From the IMG/VR virus record IMGVR_UViG_3300031760_000031: DNA of 20,000 nucleotides. One strand, written 5' to 3'. A program made the position numbers and the translations under genes. Position 1 is the stretch's first letter; every line of letters starts with the position of its first letter. This DNA is from an uncultured virus (IMG/VR IMGVR_UViG_3300031760_000031). Lineage: Duplodnaviria; Heunggongvirae; Uroviricota; Caudoviricetes. Under the pieces are notes generated by a model. That model made no database searches and was not told the origin of the DNA. It saw nothing but the letters and a program-made list of their open reading frames with translations. Below, piece by piece: positions 1 through 9,019 of this stretch.

Positions 1-844
1 ATTGGTAAAATTTACCAAAAGTTGCTTCCATGACAGAAGTATCTGCCCAACCTTCTTTTAATGTTTCGCCAAAATTACCGAGTTCGACAAGTGTCCCTTT
101 TGACGTTTTGCCAAACTCATTCAATCTTCCTAATTCAATAGCCGTCTCTATAAACGACTGTTTTAAATCTTTAGACGCGACACCTGCCAATTCCAAGGAC
201 TTCCAGTCCATATATTTTAATGAACCAGCACCATAAGACTGGTTCAAGTTATAGATTGCTCTTGAGAATTCTTGTGTACTTTTACCAGCAAATGCGGTTG
301 CGTTCGCAATACCCATAATCATCGGCATAAGGTTTTCAACCTTACCACCAGACGATGTTAACTGCGCTAAAGACTTTGTCATATCAGTAAAACCATATGA
401 GGTTTCATCTGAAAACCACATTAGTTTATCTAAATATCCGTTAATTTCATCAATTGATTTTCCAGTTGAGTTTACAAGAGTCTGAACTGATTCTATTTTT
501 TGATTATATTTATTCCAGCCTTCTCCAACCTGCTCCATAGTTAGCGCATGAACCAACCGTTCTCCAGCTTGTTCTGCTCTAATCGCGATACTGCTTAGTA
601 CGTTTATTGCAACTTTTTCGAGTGCTGAAAATCCTTCAGTAACAGTTACTTGCGCTTTTATCAACGGATTAAGATCTGTCTTTTCCGCCGCATCATTTAC
701 TCGCTTAAATCCTTCATCTGCATCTTTGAACTTTAAACTTTGTTCCAGCTTATTTAAAGAAGACATGGAAGTTTTTACATTACGTTCAAATTCGGCATTG
801 TCAAAACGTAGAGTTACAACGCGTTCATCTATAGTTCTGCTCAT
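1..844 (-). CDS. Tail tape measure protein, N-terminal part (runs off the left edge of the window)
   Basis: Not in the ORF track because it has no stop in the window. ATG at 844 overlaps the upstream stop (ATGA). Manual translation begins MSRTIDERVVTLRFDNAEFERNVKTSMSSLNKLEQSLKFKDADEGF and is helical in character. It lies directly after the tail chaperone and tail completion genes. Confidence 0.88.
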   Translation of the reverse strand, partial: MSRTIDERVVTLRFDNAEFERNVKTSMSSLNKLEQSLKFKDADEGFKRVNDAAEKTDLNPLIKAQVTVTEGFSALEKVAINVLSSIAIRAEQAGERLVHALTMEQVGEGWNKYNQKIESVQTLVNSTGKSIDEINGYLDKLMWFSDETSYGFTDMTKSLAQLTSSGGKVENLMPMIMGIANATAFAGKSTQEFSRAIYNLNQSYGAGSLKYMDWKSLELAGVASKDLKQSFIETAIELGRLNEFGKTSKGTLVELGNFGETLKEGWADTSVMEATFGKFYQ

Positions 845-1215
845 TCACCTATCTCCTTCCATGCTTGATCAGTAAGTCTATCAAAAACTGGACCTATGGC
901 TGGATTAATATAGTCTCTTCCTTCAACCCATCCGCCAGTTCCTGTGCCATGGCCGTACTGTAGAATAATAGCAATAGGGACTTCTTGCTCAATATGAGAG
1001 TTACAGAACTCTATTTTGATTCTTCCATCTTCTTCGATTATTCTATAATACCAGGATGCTCTAGTTAATCCTGTATCAACAGGAGTGGCTTCCATCAAAG
1101 CTAAAACACCTTCATCGCCATATTTTTCAAGAGTTGAAATATTAATTGGCTTTTGTAATTTTGCTAAATAATCTTTTGCTTTTGAAAACTTGCCATTTGA
1201 TGTGACTTTAAACAT
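841..1215 (-). CDS. HK97 gp10-like neck/tail-completion protein
   Basis: Motifs TPVDTGLTRASW and LQYGHGT..GGWVEGRDYINPAI resemble HK97-gp10-like proteins. The likely start is ATG 1215, with AGGAG 8 nt upstream; the ORF track uses TTG 1236. Confidence 0.75.
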   Translation of the reverse strand: MFKVTSNGKFSKAKDYLAKLQKPINISTLEKYGDEGVLALMEATPVDTGLTRASWYYRIIEEDGRIKIEFCNSHIEQEVPIAIILQYGHGTGTGGWVEGRDYINPAIGPVFDRLTDQAWKEIGE

Positions 1216-1232
1216 CTCACCACTCCTGTTAA

Positions 1233-1781
1233 TCAACCTTTACTATGGTATTTGGCTCTTCTTGCTTGATTCAAAGCTCGATTACGATTATAAATATCGC
1301 TTTGGCTCATCTTCTTAGCAGGAGCATTCTTTACTGCACAAACTCTAATTAATGTCATCAATCTTCCTAAATGCCATTTTTGACATTCAAATGGAATGTT
1401 ATAACACGTCATCCAATAATAAATAATTTCTGCAGTAATTATTTCATTCCCTTTGCCCTTAGATCCTTCGCTATTATTAAAAGTTGTTGCTGTCATTGGA
1501 TCGTTGATATAAGCATCGATCTTAGCAATTTCAATCGGAGGAATGCAATAATATATCATCGGATCTACGTTCTGCGTTAACGTCATGCATCGAACATAGT
1601 CTATTTTTTCTTCTTTTGTTTTTTCTTCCAATGAAAGATATGGCTTCTTCCATTTGGATTCCCACTTTGACAAAGAAACTAAAGAGTGTTCTAGCGAAAG
1701 CTGGATCTCATGATCAATATTAATGAATTCCTGCTTTTGCTCGTCAAACCATTCCCCTTTTGGAATGATTAATTTATACAT
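1233..1781 (-). CDS. Putative tail assembly chaperone / pre-tape-measure protein
   Basis: 182-aa ORF between the first chaperone-like gene and the gp10-like/TMP genes. Called mainly from synteny. Confidence 0.55.
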   Translation of the reverse strand: MYKLIIPKGEWFDEQKQEFINIDHEIQLSLEHSLVSLSKWESKWKKPYLSLEEKTKEEKIDYVRCMTLTQNVDPMIYYCIPPIEIAKIDAYINDPMTATTFNNSEGSKGKGNEIITAEIIYYWMTCYNIPFECQKWHLGRLMTLIRVCAVKNAPAKKMSQSDIYNRNRALNQARRAKYHSKG

Positions 1782-1786
1782 AGCCG

Positions 1787-2227
1787 TTAAGAATTAATCT
1801 TACTTAAAAGCTGCTTAGTTTCTTCGTCAACCTCACCTTTAGCAATCATCTCATTTGCTTGTTCTGCTAAACCAGCTGGCAATACTTTATTAATAAAATC
1901 AGCTGCAGCATCTGAATCTGTTGCTAATTCAAGATAAATATCAGAATAAGCTTCTGTCGCCATAAAATCTTCACGAATCTGGTCATTCTTAATAAAACGA
2001 CGGCCATCCTCGCTTTTTACACCATATGCTTTAATTACTGTTTCTTTGAATAATGCTATTAAAGCATTTGTGTCCTTTGCATTAATGATCTTTTTAATTG
2101 TCTCCAAAAGACCACCATCTTTAGAAAACTGCATATCCATAAGTTCAGCCTTCGTAAAGTTAAAATAAAAATCTTCAGTTCTTTCGACACCGTTAAAGTC
2201 GGTATAAGTTAACGTTTTTTTATACAT
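1787..2227 (-). CDS. Tail assembly chaperone
   Basis: 146-aa acidic ORF immediately after the major tail gene, with a strong GAAAGGAG RBS. Called from synteny. Confidence 0.65.
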   Translation of the reverse strand: MYKKTLTYTDFNGVERTEDFYFNFTKAELMDMQFSKDGGLLETIKKIINAKDTNALIALFKETVIKAYGVKSEDGRRFIKNDQIREDFMATEAYSDIYLELATDSDAAADFINKVLPAGLAEQANEMIAKGEVDEETKQLLSKINS

Positions 2228-2243
2228 ATTTCTCTCCTTTCAT

Positions 2244-2281
2244 AAAAAAAAAAGAAAAGAGCGACTAAAATAGCCGCTCTT
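2244..2281 (-). terminator. Rho-independent terminator/attenuator after the major tail protein gene
   Basis: 11-bp stem (2257-2267 with 2271-2281, one G-U pair on the minus strand) followed by UUCUUUUUUUUUU. Confidence 0.8.
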
Positions 2282-2308
2282 CACACCATTTTGAATAATT
2301 GATTATGC

Positions 2309-2992
2309 CTACAAAGACGTAGTGCCACCGGAACCACTAGCCCTAAGGATGATGCTCTTAACTTCATCTGGCAAAGGAAGCCTAGCGTCTGCTTCAGATG
2401 ATCCATAAAGAACATCCTGAATCGCAGTCATAGCATCTGATGATACTTTTGTTGAATCGATTTCGATCGTACAGGTTGGTTTAAAATCTGTTACTGGAAC
2501 CGGGGTGCAAGTAACTTCCCAAGACATTTCGACTGCTGACGGAGAATCATTGATCGTATCATGAGTCTTTGCAGAAGGAGATGCCTTGCAGCCATAAACC
2601 AGGTGAAGTTTGTAACCAAATGAATCGCCAACAGTATCGTTACCAATAGCTGTTCTATAGCAGAAGCCAAATGGTTTACGGTTCTGCTGGCCAATTACAA
2701 CACCAGTTGTTAATGATTCAGATCCATCGCACTGAGCGAATTGATCTGGATAAGTGTATGCTCTGATAGTTCCACCATATTCTTCTGCAGAGAACAGAGT
2801 AATGTAGTTGATATCATCCGCAAATAATTTTGTTGGTTCCGCACCCGATGGGTTCTCATCAAAGCCAAGCAAACCATTCCATGCGACACCTTCTGAATAA
2901 GCATTATTGCTATCAATCAGATATAAGACGGCATTTTTTGCACCAGTTTCGTAGAGTTTTTTGCCGAGCTCATCCCAAACTAATCTAGCCAT
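2309..2992 (-). CDS. Major tail (tube) protein
   Basis: 227 aa, with motifs LYETG..VLY, GVAWNGL, ENPSGAEPT.LFADDINY, FGFCYRT and TINDSP..SWE typical of siphophage tube proteins. GGAGG RBS. Position is consistent. Confidence 0.85.
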   Translation of the reverse strand: MARLVWDELGKKLYETGAKNAVLYLIDSNNAYSEGVAWNGLLGFDENPSGAEPTKLFADDINYITLFSAEEYGGTIRAYTYPDQFAQCDGSESLTTGVVIGQQNRKPFGFCYRTAIGNDTVGDSFGYKLHLVYGCKASPSAKTHDTINDSPSAVEMSWEVTCTPVPVTDFKPTCTIEIDSTKVSSDAMTAIQDVLYGSSEADARLPLPDEVKSIILRASGSGGTTSL

Positions 2993-3004
2993 TGTTTTCC
3001 TCCA

Positions 3005-3316
3005 TTAATAATATAAATTAAATACGTCATGATAGAGATTATCCGAAATAAAACGACGATCATATGAACAATATGGAATCTCCAAAAACTTGTCTATATA
3101 ATCGTCGTTATCAGGATCTCTACCAATTAAAGTTACCGTGTAGCGATTATATCCTTTATAAGCCAAATCGTCTGCATGGTTAATCTCCCGTGTATCTCTT
3201 TCGTAAACAACACACGGATATTTTAGAAGCTGCGATGCAGGAGGTTGAAAATAAACATTATTATTTCCGAGTATACCTCTAAATACAGGAGACAGATCTA
3301 TCCGCTTCCTCGCCAT
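3005..3316 (-). CDS. Tail terminator / tail completion protein
   Basis: 103 aa, containing NVYFQPP..LKYPCVVY. Lies between the head-closure gene and the major tail gene. Confidence 0.65.
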   Translation of the reverse strand: MARKRIDLSPVFRGILGNNNVYFQPPASQLLKYPCVVYERDTREINHADDLAYKGYNRYTVTLIGRDPDNDDYIDKFLEIPYCSYDRRFISDNLYHDVFNLYY

Positions 3317-3623
3317 TCCACAAACCTCCCAATTGCATAATTAACCTTGGGTACTGAACTTCGACATTTGTTATTCTCCATTTAGTACCCATAAAGGTTA
3401 CATATTTCATTCTGTAGAAATTTTCTCTGGCATATGGATCGGCGATAAAACTTATCTGATTCGAAATATCAAAGCCATCATTAATTTGACTCGTGTTTCC
3501 AGCAGATTTGGTATTCCGTAAAACATCACCATAGTATGAATGTTCAACGATATGCTCTGTCCATACGTCTGGGGCTGTTTCTTCACTAACCGCGAAGCCT
3601 ATCTGTCCGTACCATTTCGCCAT
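3279..3623 (-). CDS. Head-closure / head-tail adaptor (SPP1 gp16-like)
   Basis: 114-aa beta-rich ORF directly after the capsid gene, with AAAGGA RBS. Called from synteny. Confidence 0.6.
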   Translation of the reverse strand: MAKWYGQIGFAVSEETAPDVWTEHIVEHSYYGDVLRNTKSAGNTSQINDGFDISNQISFIADPYARENFYRMKYVTFMGTKWRITNVEVQYPRLIMQLGGLWNGEEADRSVSCI

Positions 3624-3660
3624 TTTGAAAATTCCTTTCTATAAAATACTATGTACTAGC

Positions 3661-5469
3661 TTAAATGCTGCTGGACTCAGAAGCAACCTTCAGAACGATT
3701 GCAGAATGAGGACGAACCAGAGCACCAGAGCAACGAGTTTCAATCAAATACTTCATCTTGTTGTAATCGATATCGAAATCGTCGAACAGAGATACTTCAC
3801 CACCCTTATTCATACCAACGTTGTAATCCTGCAGGTCAAGAGCTACTGCATAGACGTCTTCAGGCATAACGGTCGCAGGAACCTTAACGACTCTGTCAAC
3901 AGACATTGCGGAAGCGAGTTCGTTCATACCCTTATAAAGTCTCTGACCGATCTTGTCTTCCATTAACAGCATGTCAGAAACGATGTCGGTTCTGACAAAT
4001 GCAGTAACGTTACCAGAGCCCTGGTAATCATCAAGAGCCTTAACCATCTTGTTCTGAATAGCATGAGCTAAAGTCTCGGAGTCAGCAACAGTTACTTCAT
4101 AAGCCATAGCATACAGATTCTCTTCGGTATCCTTAACAACCGGAATGATGCACATTTCATCAATCTTATCTGCGTCCGGAGCTGTTCTTCCGTCACCAAA
4201 GATGTATGCGCGAGCTCTTTCTTCATCCAGCTTGATGCGCATTTCTTTCTTGATCCAAGCAACCATATCAATATCAGTAATGTCGATCTGATCATCACGA
4301 TCAAACTTCTGAAGCTTATAAATTGTAGTTGGATCTGCTTTTCTCTTTAAGAGCTTGAAGACTTCTTCAACTTTCTTAGTACCCTTAACATAACCTTTAG
4401 CCCTAGCTTCGGCCTGGGTAATATCTGCAAACATCATCTTAATCTTCGCAAATGGAGTCTTATGAACACCATTGTTAATAATATCAACCCATCCGTTTGG
4501 ATTGGTATTGACAAATGGAACTTCGTTGCCATGTACGTTCTTGTATTCAGGATACAGATAGTCTAAATTCGTCACACTGTGAACAAGAACTTCCTGCGGA
4601 TTTAAACCATGCTGTAAGAAAGCTTCCTTAACGGATCCATATCTCTTAGCATCCTGTAAAGCCGCGTATACTTCTTCTTCCATGCCATCATGCTGGAGAA
4701 CATCTTCGTTATCAAATGCGTTATGTTTCATTTCTTCATCCTCTTCTTCTTCATCGTTAGTGCCAGCAGAAGCAAGAGCTTCGCCGACTAAGTATTCACA
4801 AACTTTTCTCTGCTCAGGTGTCATACTATCAAGAACATCCTGCACAGTCATATCGTCTTTTTTATCAGCCATTTTGTCCTCTCCTTTATCTAATTCTTTT
4901 TCTTCTGAAGTATCTGCATGCTCAAGTGTCTCTGATTCTTTTTCTTCGCTAGTCTTTTCCGAATCTTCAACAATTTCGATAAAATCAGAATCATCACTAT
5001 GCTCAAGAACGAGATCTTCTCCTGTATAAATTTCAGCGCCAATAGCTACAGGATCTTCATCAGCGCTATGAGCCATAACATACTCAATGGATGCTCCTGG
5101 ATTTGCACCGGCAAGTACCAGGCTAACCTCACGGATAATACCATGCAAAACATCTCCATCAGCAGTTTGTTTCAATCCATTTGCATAAATTGACAAACTC
5201 CCAATATCTCCATGCTGCATAATAGTTTTGATCCTTTGAGATTTTGGAAGGTCATTAAAATAGCCATACGCTTTAACACCGGCATCCACATTCTTTAGAA
5301 CTGCGTGACCAAGCACATTATCCGGGTCGTTGTGCTGATGATTCCAGACTAGTGGAACCGTCATTCCGTCACAATCCTTAAAAGCGTTATGACGAATAGT
5401 CCTTCCATCGGAGCATTTCAAATCATTTTTCGTGGCCCAACCCCAAAAATCATAGTCTTTCTTAGCCAT
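3661..5469 (-). CDS. Prohead protease-scaffold-major capsid fusion protein (HK97-type)
   Basis: The N-terminal ~130 aa carry prohead-protease-like motifs (VPLVWNHQH, VLGHAVL, SLSIYAN, IREVSLVLAGANPGA). An acidic linker follows, then a ~300-aa capsid domain ending FDDFDIDYNKMKYLIETRCSGALVRPHSAIVL. Directly follows the portal. Confidence 0.88.
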   Translation of the reverse strand: MAKKDYDFWGWATKNDLKCSDGRTIRHNAFKDCDGMTVPLVWNHQHNDPDNVLGHAVLKNVDAGVKAYGYFNDLPKSQRIKTIMQHGDIGSLSIYANGLKQTADGDVLHGIIREVSLVLAGANPGASIEYVMAHSADEDPVAIGAEIYTGEDLVLEHSDDSDFIEIVEDSEKTSEEKESETLEHADTSEEKELDKGEDKMADKKDDMTVQDVLDSMTPEQRKVCEYLVGEALASAGTNDEEEEDEEMKHNAFDNEDVLQHDGMEEEVYAALQDAKRYGSVKEAFLQHGLNPQEVLVHSVTNLDYLYPEYKNVHGNEVPFVNTNPNGWVDIINNGVHKTPFAKIKMMFADITQAEARAKGYVKGTKKVEEVFKLLKRKADPTTIYKLQKFDRDDQIDITDIDMVAWIKKEMRIKLDEERARAYIFGDGRTAPDADKIDEMCIIPVVKDTEENLYAMAYEVTVADSETLAHAIQNKMVKALDDYQGSGNVTAFVRTDIVSDMLLMEDKIGQRLYKGMNELASAMSVDRVVKVPATVMPEDVYAVALDLQDYNVGMNKGGEVSLFDDFDIDYNKMKYLIETRCSGALVRPHSAIVLKVASESSSI

Positions 5470-5489
5470 TTTGAATTTTCACTCCTTCA

Positions 5490-6845
5490 TTAAATTTCAG
5501 ACAATTTCAATTCACTCAAGCTCTTATCTTCAACCGTTTCCGCTGTTAATTGATCTTCTTGAGGATTTGTATTTTCTCCCTCAGAAGGTACTTCACTCAT
5601 TTGATTCGCTTCGTTCGGATCAACAACGTTCGGGAACTGGCTTCCGTTTGACTGGTTAATGTTCTTGTTGCTAAGTTCATTAGCTCTAGGATCATCAACA
5701 GGCAACAATCCAACAACTTGTCTAAATTCATTCGAAGACATAATCTCATTACGAGTAAACTTATCTGCAAGTTCAGCAAGTTTAGATGTTGGAACAAGCT
5801 TGAATGGATCTCTAAAGAACGCTATTGATTGCTTTTGTGTTATTGCGGTCTTTGTAAGAAACTTTCGTCTCATTTCGTCTGCGATAGCCGAAACAATTGG
5901 CTCAACGGTCCGAGAATAATAGTTCATCATAGTCTGTTCATCTGCAGAACCATCTAAAATACCAGTAGTGATCCCTAACTGCCCGTATACGATGTTTGTC
6001 AGGTATTCAATACGTGCTAATAAATTGTTCTCCAAAGGACGATTCAACTGTGTGATTTTCTCTGTCGCATCAACATATGCAATACCGTATTTGCTTCCAG
6101 TAAGCTGCATTTCAATGTCTTTGCGACGCTGCTCAGCCTGTTGCCTCTTTGTTTCAGTTTTAACTAAATATGGAAGTTGGATAATCATATCTAACTTCCC
6201 AGATCCACTTTGTTCATCAACGACGTCCATCAACGTTAAAGTTCTGATAAGTCTCTGTAGCGTTGAGTTTGGTTCATTCATAATTGAATAAAGAGGATTT
6301 TCAACGATTGCAACGTTCTTCTTAGCAAACCAAATTTCTTGATGCCTACCAGTTCGATCGTTGTAAACGTTAATCTTTACATTGTCAGGCGCCCATTCTA
6401 TAATCTTCCCAACCCGTAAAGACTGTATATCAAAAGATCCCTTATCGGGATCAATTGATGTATCGATTGGAACAATCGCTATAGTTCCTTCATCAAACAT
6501 TGACATGACTGCATCTTGCATAAATGCCCTAGCAGTTTGGTCTTTGTTTGCAGAAATTGTTAAGCAATCGTTCAATGCCGAATCCATCTCGCTAATAAAG
6601 TACCCGTTTTTATCTAATTTCACATGCTTGAATTTAATCTGGGCAACGTCTAATGCGATTCGATTATAGATAGATGTGACTATCGTTCGTTCGTTACCTC
6701 GAGATAATCTATAGCGATATGGATTATATGATGAATAGGAAATATCAGTGCGATCATCATCGTATTTCCAATAATAATCCTGAGTTGGATCCCTATTCAT
6801 GAAGGCGTTCCATGCGTGGATTAGCCTATCGCTGAATTTTGGCAT
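5490..6845 (-). CDS. Portal protein
   Basis: 451 aa with IYNRIALDVA, ILDGSA and NEIMSSNEFRQVVGL (HK97-portal-like C-terminus). GGAGG RBS. Directly upstream of protease-capsid. Confidence 0.88.
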   Translation of the reverse strand: MPKFSDRLIHAWNAFMNRDPTQDYYWKYDDDRTDISYSSYNPYRYRLSRGNERTIVTSIYNRIALDVAQIKFKHVKLDKNGYFISEMDSALNDCLTISANKDQTARAFMQDAVMSMFDEGTIAIVPIDTSIDPDKGSFDIQSLRVGKIIEWAPDNVKINVYNDRTGRHQEIWFAKKNVAIVENPLYSIMNEPNSTLQRLIRTLTLMDVVDEQSGSGKLDMIIQLPYLVKTETKRQQAEQRRKDIEMQLTGSKYGIAYVDATEKITQLNRPLENNLLARIEYLTNIVYGQLGITTGILDGSADEQTMMNYYSRTVEPIVSAIADEMRRKFLTKTAITQKQSIAFFRDPFKLVPTSKLAELADKFTRNEIMSSNEFRQVVGLLPVDDPRANELSNKNINQSNGSQFPNVVDPNEANQMSEVPSEGENTNPQEDQLTAETVEDKSLSELKLSEI

Positions 6846-6859
6846 TAGAACTCAACCTC

Positions 6860-7516
6860 CTATCCTAGGTAATTCTTTACTGCATCTATAGATACATTCA
6901 TAGATTTTGCAATATCAGCATAGTTTTTACCTTCGTTTTTCATTTCTGTTGCGCGTTTTCTTTGCTTATCAGAAAGTCCTTTATTTCCGTTATTATTGTT
7001 ATTGTTATTCTTATTCTTATTGTTGTTATTATTGCTATTATTATTGTTATCGCCAATCATAGTATCTACCAATGCATTCATGAATTTCTTTCCTGCATCG
7101 GCAGCAGCTGGAACTACAACTTTCTCAACCATAAGGTTCATAAATTGTTCACCCTTAGAAATAGGCTTTGGATCAAGATTATTAACTTGATTTCGTATAT
7201 CAATGGCGTCTTTTTCAAGGCGCATTCTTTGAATGTACTTTTCAAGTTGTTTATCAGTCATCTGTTTGATGTCCTTATTTCTTGGAGACTTCATTTTACG
7301 AGCTTCGGCTGCAGCTTTTAATTGTTTAACTTTTTTATCATAAGCTTTTCTCTCGGCTCTACTTCTCTTGATATAGTTACCATTCTCATCAGTACGGTAA
7401 CGACGTTTACCCTCGGCGGTCAGAGTTCCATCCGGATTCTGAAAGCGCCTAACACCCCATTTCATATTTAGGATCCCGTAATGGTAAAGCTCGTCTTTGT
7501 TTAAAAAATACGCCAT
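6860..7516 (-). CDS. LxH-leader protein (HYG..MKWGVRR family) with poly-Asn linker and C-terminal HTH
   Basis: N-terminus DELYHYGILNMKWGVRRFQNPDGTLTAEGKRRY. C-terminus QRKRATEMKNEGKNYADIAKSMNVSIDAVKNYL has an HTH pattern. AGGAGG RBS. Confidence 0.8.
   Translation of the reverse strand: MAYFLNKDELYHYGILNMKWGVRRFQNPDGTLTAEGKRRYRTDENGNYIKRSRAERKAYDKKVKQLKAAAEARKMKSPRNKDIKQMTDKQLEKYIQRMRLEKDAIDIRNQVNNLDPKPISKGEQFMNLMVEKVVVPAAADAGKKFMNALVDTMIGDNNNNSNNNNNKNKNNNNNNNGNKGLSDKQRKRATEMKNEGKNYADIAKSMNVSIDAVKNYLG
6981..7050 (-). repeat. Imperfect (AAY)n coding microsatellite (poly-Asn tract)
   Basis: Encodes DNNNNSNNNNNKNKNNNNNNNGNK. Confidence 0.85.
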
Positions 7517-7550
7517 TTTGAAATCCTCCTATTCTACTTTTTTATGTTTT

Positions 7551-7670
7551 TCATTTTCTTTCAGTAAGAGTTCCGTCAGGATTCTGATAATGCTTAATAA
7601 TCCACTTCTGTCCTAAGATTCCGTGATGATAAAACTCATCATTATTTCTTTTTCGACTGTGATTTACCAT
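7551..7670 (-). CDS. 39-aa mini-ORF or remnant consisting almost only of the leader motif
   Basis: Manual translation: MVNHSRKRNNDEFYHHGILGQKWIIKHYQNPDGTLTERK*. ATG at 7670 (alternative 7676) with GGTGA upstream. Overlaps the 3' end of the neighbouring gene in another frame. Could be a pseudogene. Confidence 0.55.
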   Translation of the reverse strand: MVNHSRKRNNDEFYHHGILGQKWIIKHYQNPDGTLTERK

Positions 7671-8235
7671 ACGCATAATCACCGATATCAATTAACCCGT
7701 ACAACGCAACATCTGCCATGTTTGCAAAAATACCGGCAACCGCTGCACTAGCGCGATCGGCACCTTTTGCAGTCAGGTCGTCATATACTTTTGTTCCAAA
7801 ACCTCCTGCCAATGCGGACTTAAGGAACTGTTTACCAAGATGCTGAGTCTGGATTTTCTTATTTGTCTCTTTACTCTGCCAACTATAATTTGCCTCTGCT
7901 GCAGCAGTCCTAGCTTCACCCAATGTCTTTTTATAATCGCTCTTTAAAGACTTGCGCTCCTCATCGGTTTTGGCTTTCTTTTTCTTTTCTTTGTAAATTC
8001 CTTTAATTTCCTTTTTATCTTGCCTGTATCCCTTATTAAGATTTACAGCAAGTCTTTGACCTAATGATGTATTAGTTAATGCTCTACCAATATTGTTCAG
8101 AACTTTATCAGTTCTATAACGTTCTTTGCCTTCAGACGTTAATGTTCCATCTTGATTCTGAAAACGACGAATACCCCATTTCTGGCCCAATACACCGTAA
8201 TGCATTAATTCATCTTTGTTGAGATAGTAAGCCAT
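7642..8235 (-). CDS. LxH-leader protein (HYG..QKWGIRR family), Lys-rich
   Basis: Begins MAYYLNKDELMHYGVLGQKWGIRRFQNQDGTLTSEGKERY. The ATG at 8235 has a GGAGG RBS; the ORF track starts at 8250. Confidence 0.8.
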   Translation of the reverse strand: MAYYLNKDELMHYGVLGQKWGIRRFQNQDGTLTSEGKERYRTDKVLNNIGRALTNTSLGQRLAVNLNKGYRQDKKEIKGIYKEKKKKAKTDEERKSLKSDYKKTLGEARTAAAEANYSWQSKETNKKIQTQHLGKQFLKSALAGGFGTKVYDDLTAKGADRASAAVAGIFANMADVALYGLIDIGDYAYGKSQSKKK

Positions 8236-8249
8236 AATAATACCCTCCA

Positions 8250-8978
8250 TTATCTACGATCTTTTAACTTATTAGCGTCTTCAGTTGCGAACTTCTCTGG
8301 ATTATCCAAATATTGCCTATAAGCTTTTTGTAATTCTTTTCCGCCTTTATCAGCAACTTCTTTATTTTGAACAATCTCTAAGAAGTCAGTCGAATATCGA
8401 TTATATTTTCTTGCTGCGTCCATTTTGGAATTAATATCCTCTAGTTTTGTCTTATACTGTCCATTAATGAACTGAGCACCAGCATAAGTTGACTCCGGAG
8501 CGAACTTAGCGATCTTACGAGAGTATTTGTTGATCAACGACTGAGCTTTATGAATTTTAGCCTCATTCTTTGAAGTACTGTTTTGCATTTTTTCTGCCTT
8601 TGCAGAAAGTTTTCCTGCTTTAGCAGATAGCTTCTGAGACTTAATTTCTAATTTAGTTCTCTTCTTATCACTAATAAGCCAGCCATTAACGGCTTTGTTG
8701 TGTAGCTTAGCAGCTTTGTTCTGAAGTTTGTTTGCCTTAGCCAACTTCTTTTCTGCTCTGTAGTCTTTTCCAGCATTTCTATCGATACGCTTCTGATATT
8801 TATCGATCTTACGCTGCTGTTTATCGATTTTACCAACTAATTTCGCATACCGTTTTTTACCCTCTTCTGTCAGAGAGCCATCTTCATTTTGGTATCTACG
8901 AATACCCCATTTCATTCCTTTAATGCCAGAATGGTATAATTCATAATTACCGCAAGACGTCATATAAAATTCCTGCAT
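8250..8978 (-). CDS. LxH-leader protein (HSG..MKWGIRR family), basic coiled-coil
   Basis: ELYHSGIKGMKWGIRRYQNEDGSLTEEGKKRY followed by a K/A-rich helical region. GAGGAGG RBS. Confidence 0.8.
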   Translation of the reverse strand: MQEFYMTSCGNYELYHSGIKGMKWGIRRYQNEDGSLTEEGKKRYAKLVGKIDKQQRKIDKYQKRIDRNAGKDYRAEKKLAKANKLQNKAAKLHNKAVNGWLISDKKRTKLEIKSQKLSAKAGKLSAKAEKMQNSTSKNEAKIHKAQSLINKYSRKIAKFAPESTYAGAQFINGQYKTKLEDINSKMDAARKYNRYSTDFLEIVQNKEVADKGGKELQKAYRQYLDNPEKFATEDANKLKDRR

Positions 8979-8990
8979 GCATACCTCCTC

Positions 8991-9019
8991 AAATAAAAAA
9001 GTCTCTCTGACGGAGACTT
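8991..9019 (-). terminator. Rho-independent terminator after the toxin-immunity pair
   Basis: Minus-strand RNA reads AAGUCUC-CGUCAGA-GAGACUU-UUUUAUUU, starting at the stop codon of 9018..9281. Confidence 0.65.

Noticed and set aside
30..236. Plus-strand 68-aa ORF
   Set aside because: Antisense shadow of the tape measure gene, with no RBS or recognisable motif.
1781..1810. Programmed -1 frameshift joining the two tail chaperone ORFs (lambda G/GT type)
   Set aside because: The second ORF is in the -1 frame, but that frame has a TAA five codons upstream of its ATG and no X XXY YYZ heptamer lies in the short open overlap.
1371..7321. Short plus-strand and alternative-frame ORFs in the structural region (e.g. 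3625-3966, 4682-5029, 5968-6291, 6962-7321, 6996-7190)
   Set aside because: They overlap well-supported genes. Their poly-Ser, Leu and Ile runs are reverse-complement artefacts of acidic or poly-Asn tracts.
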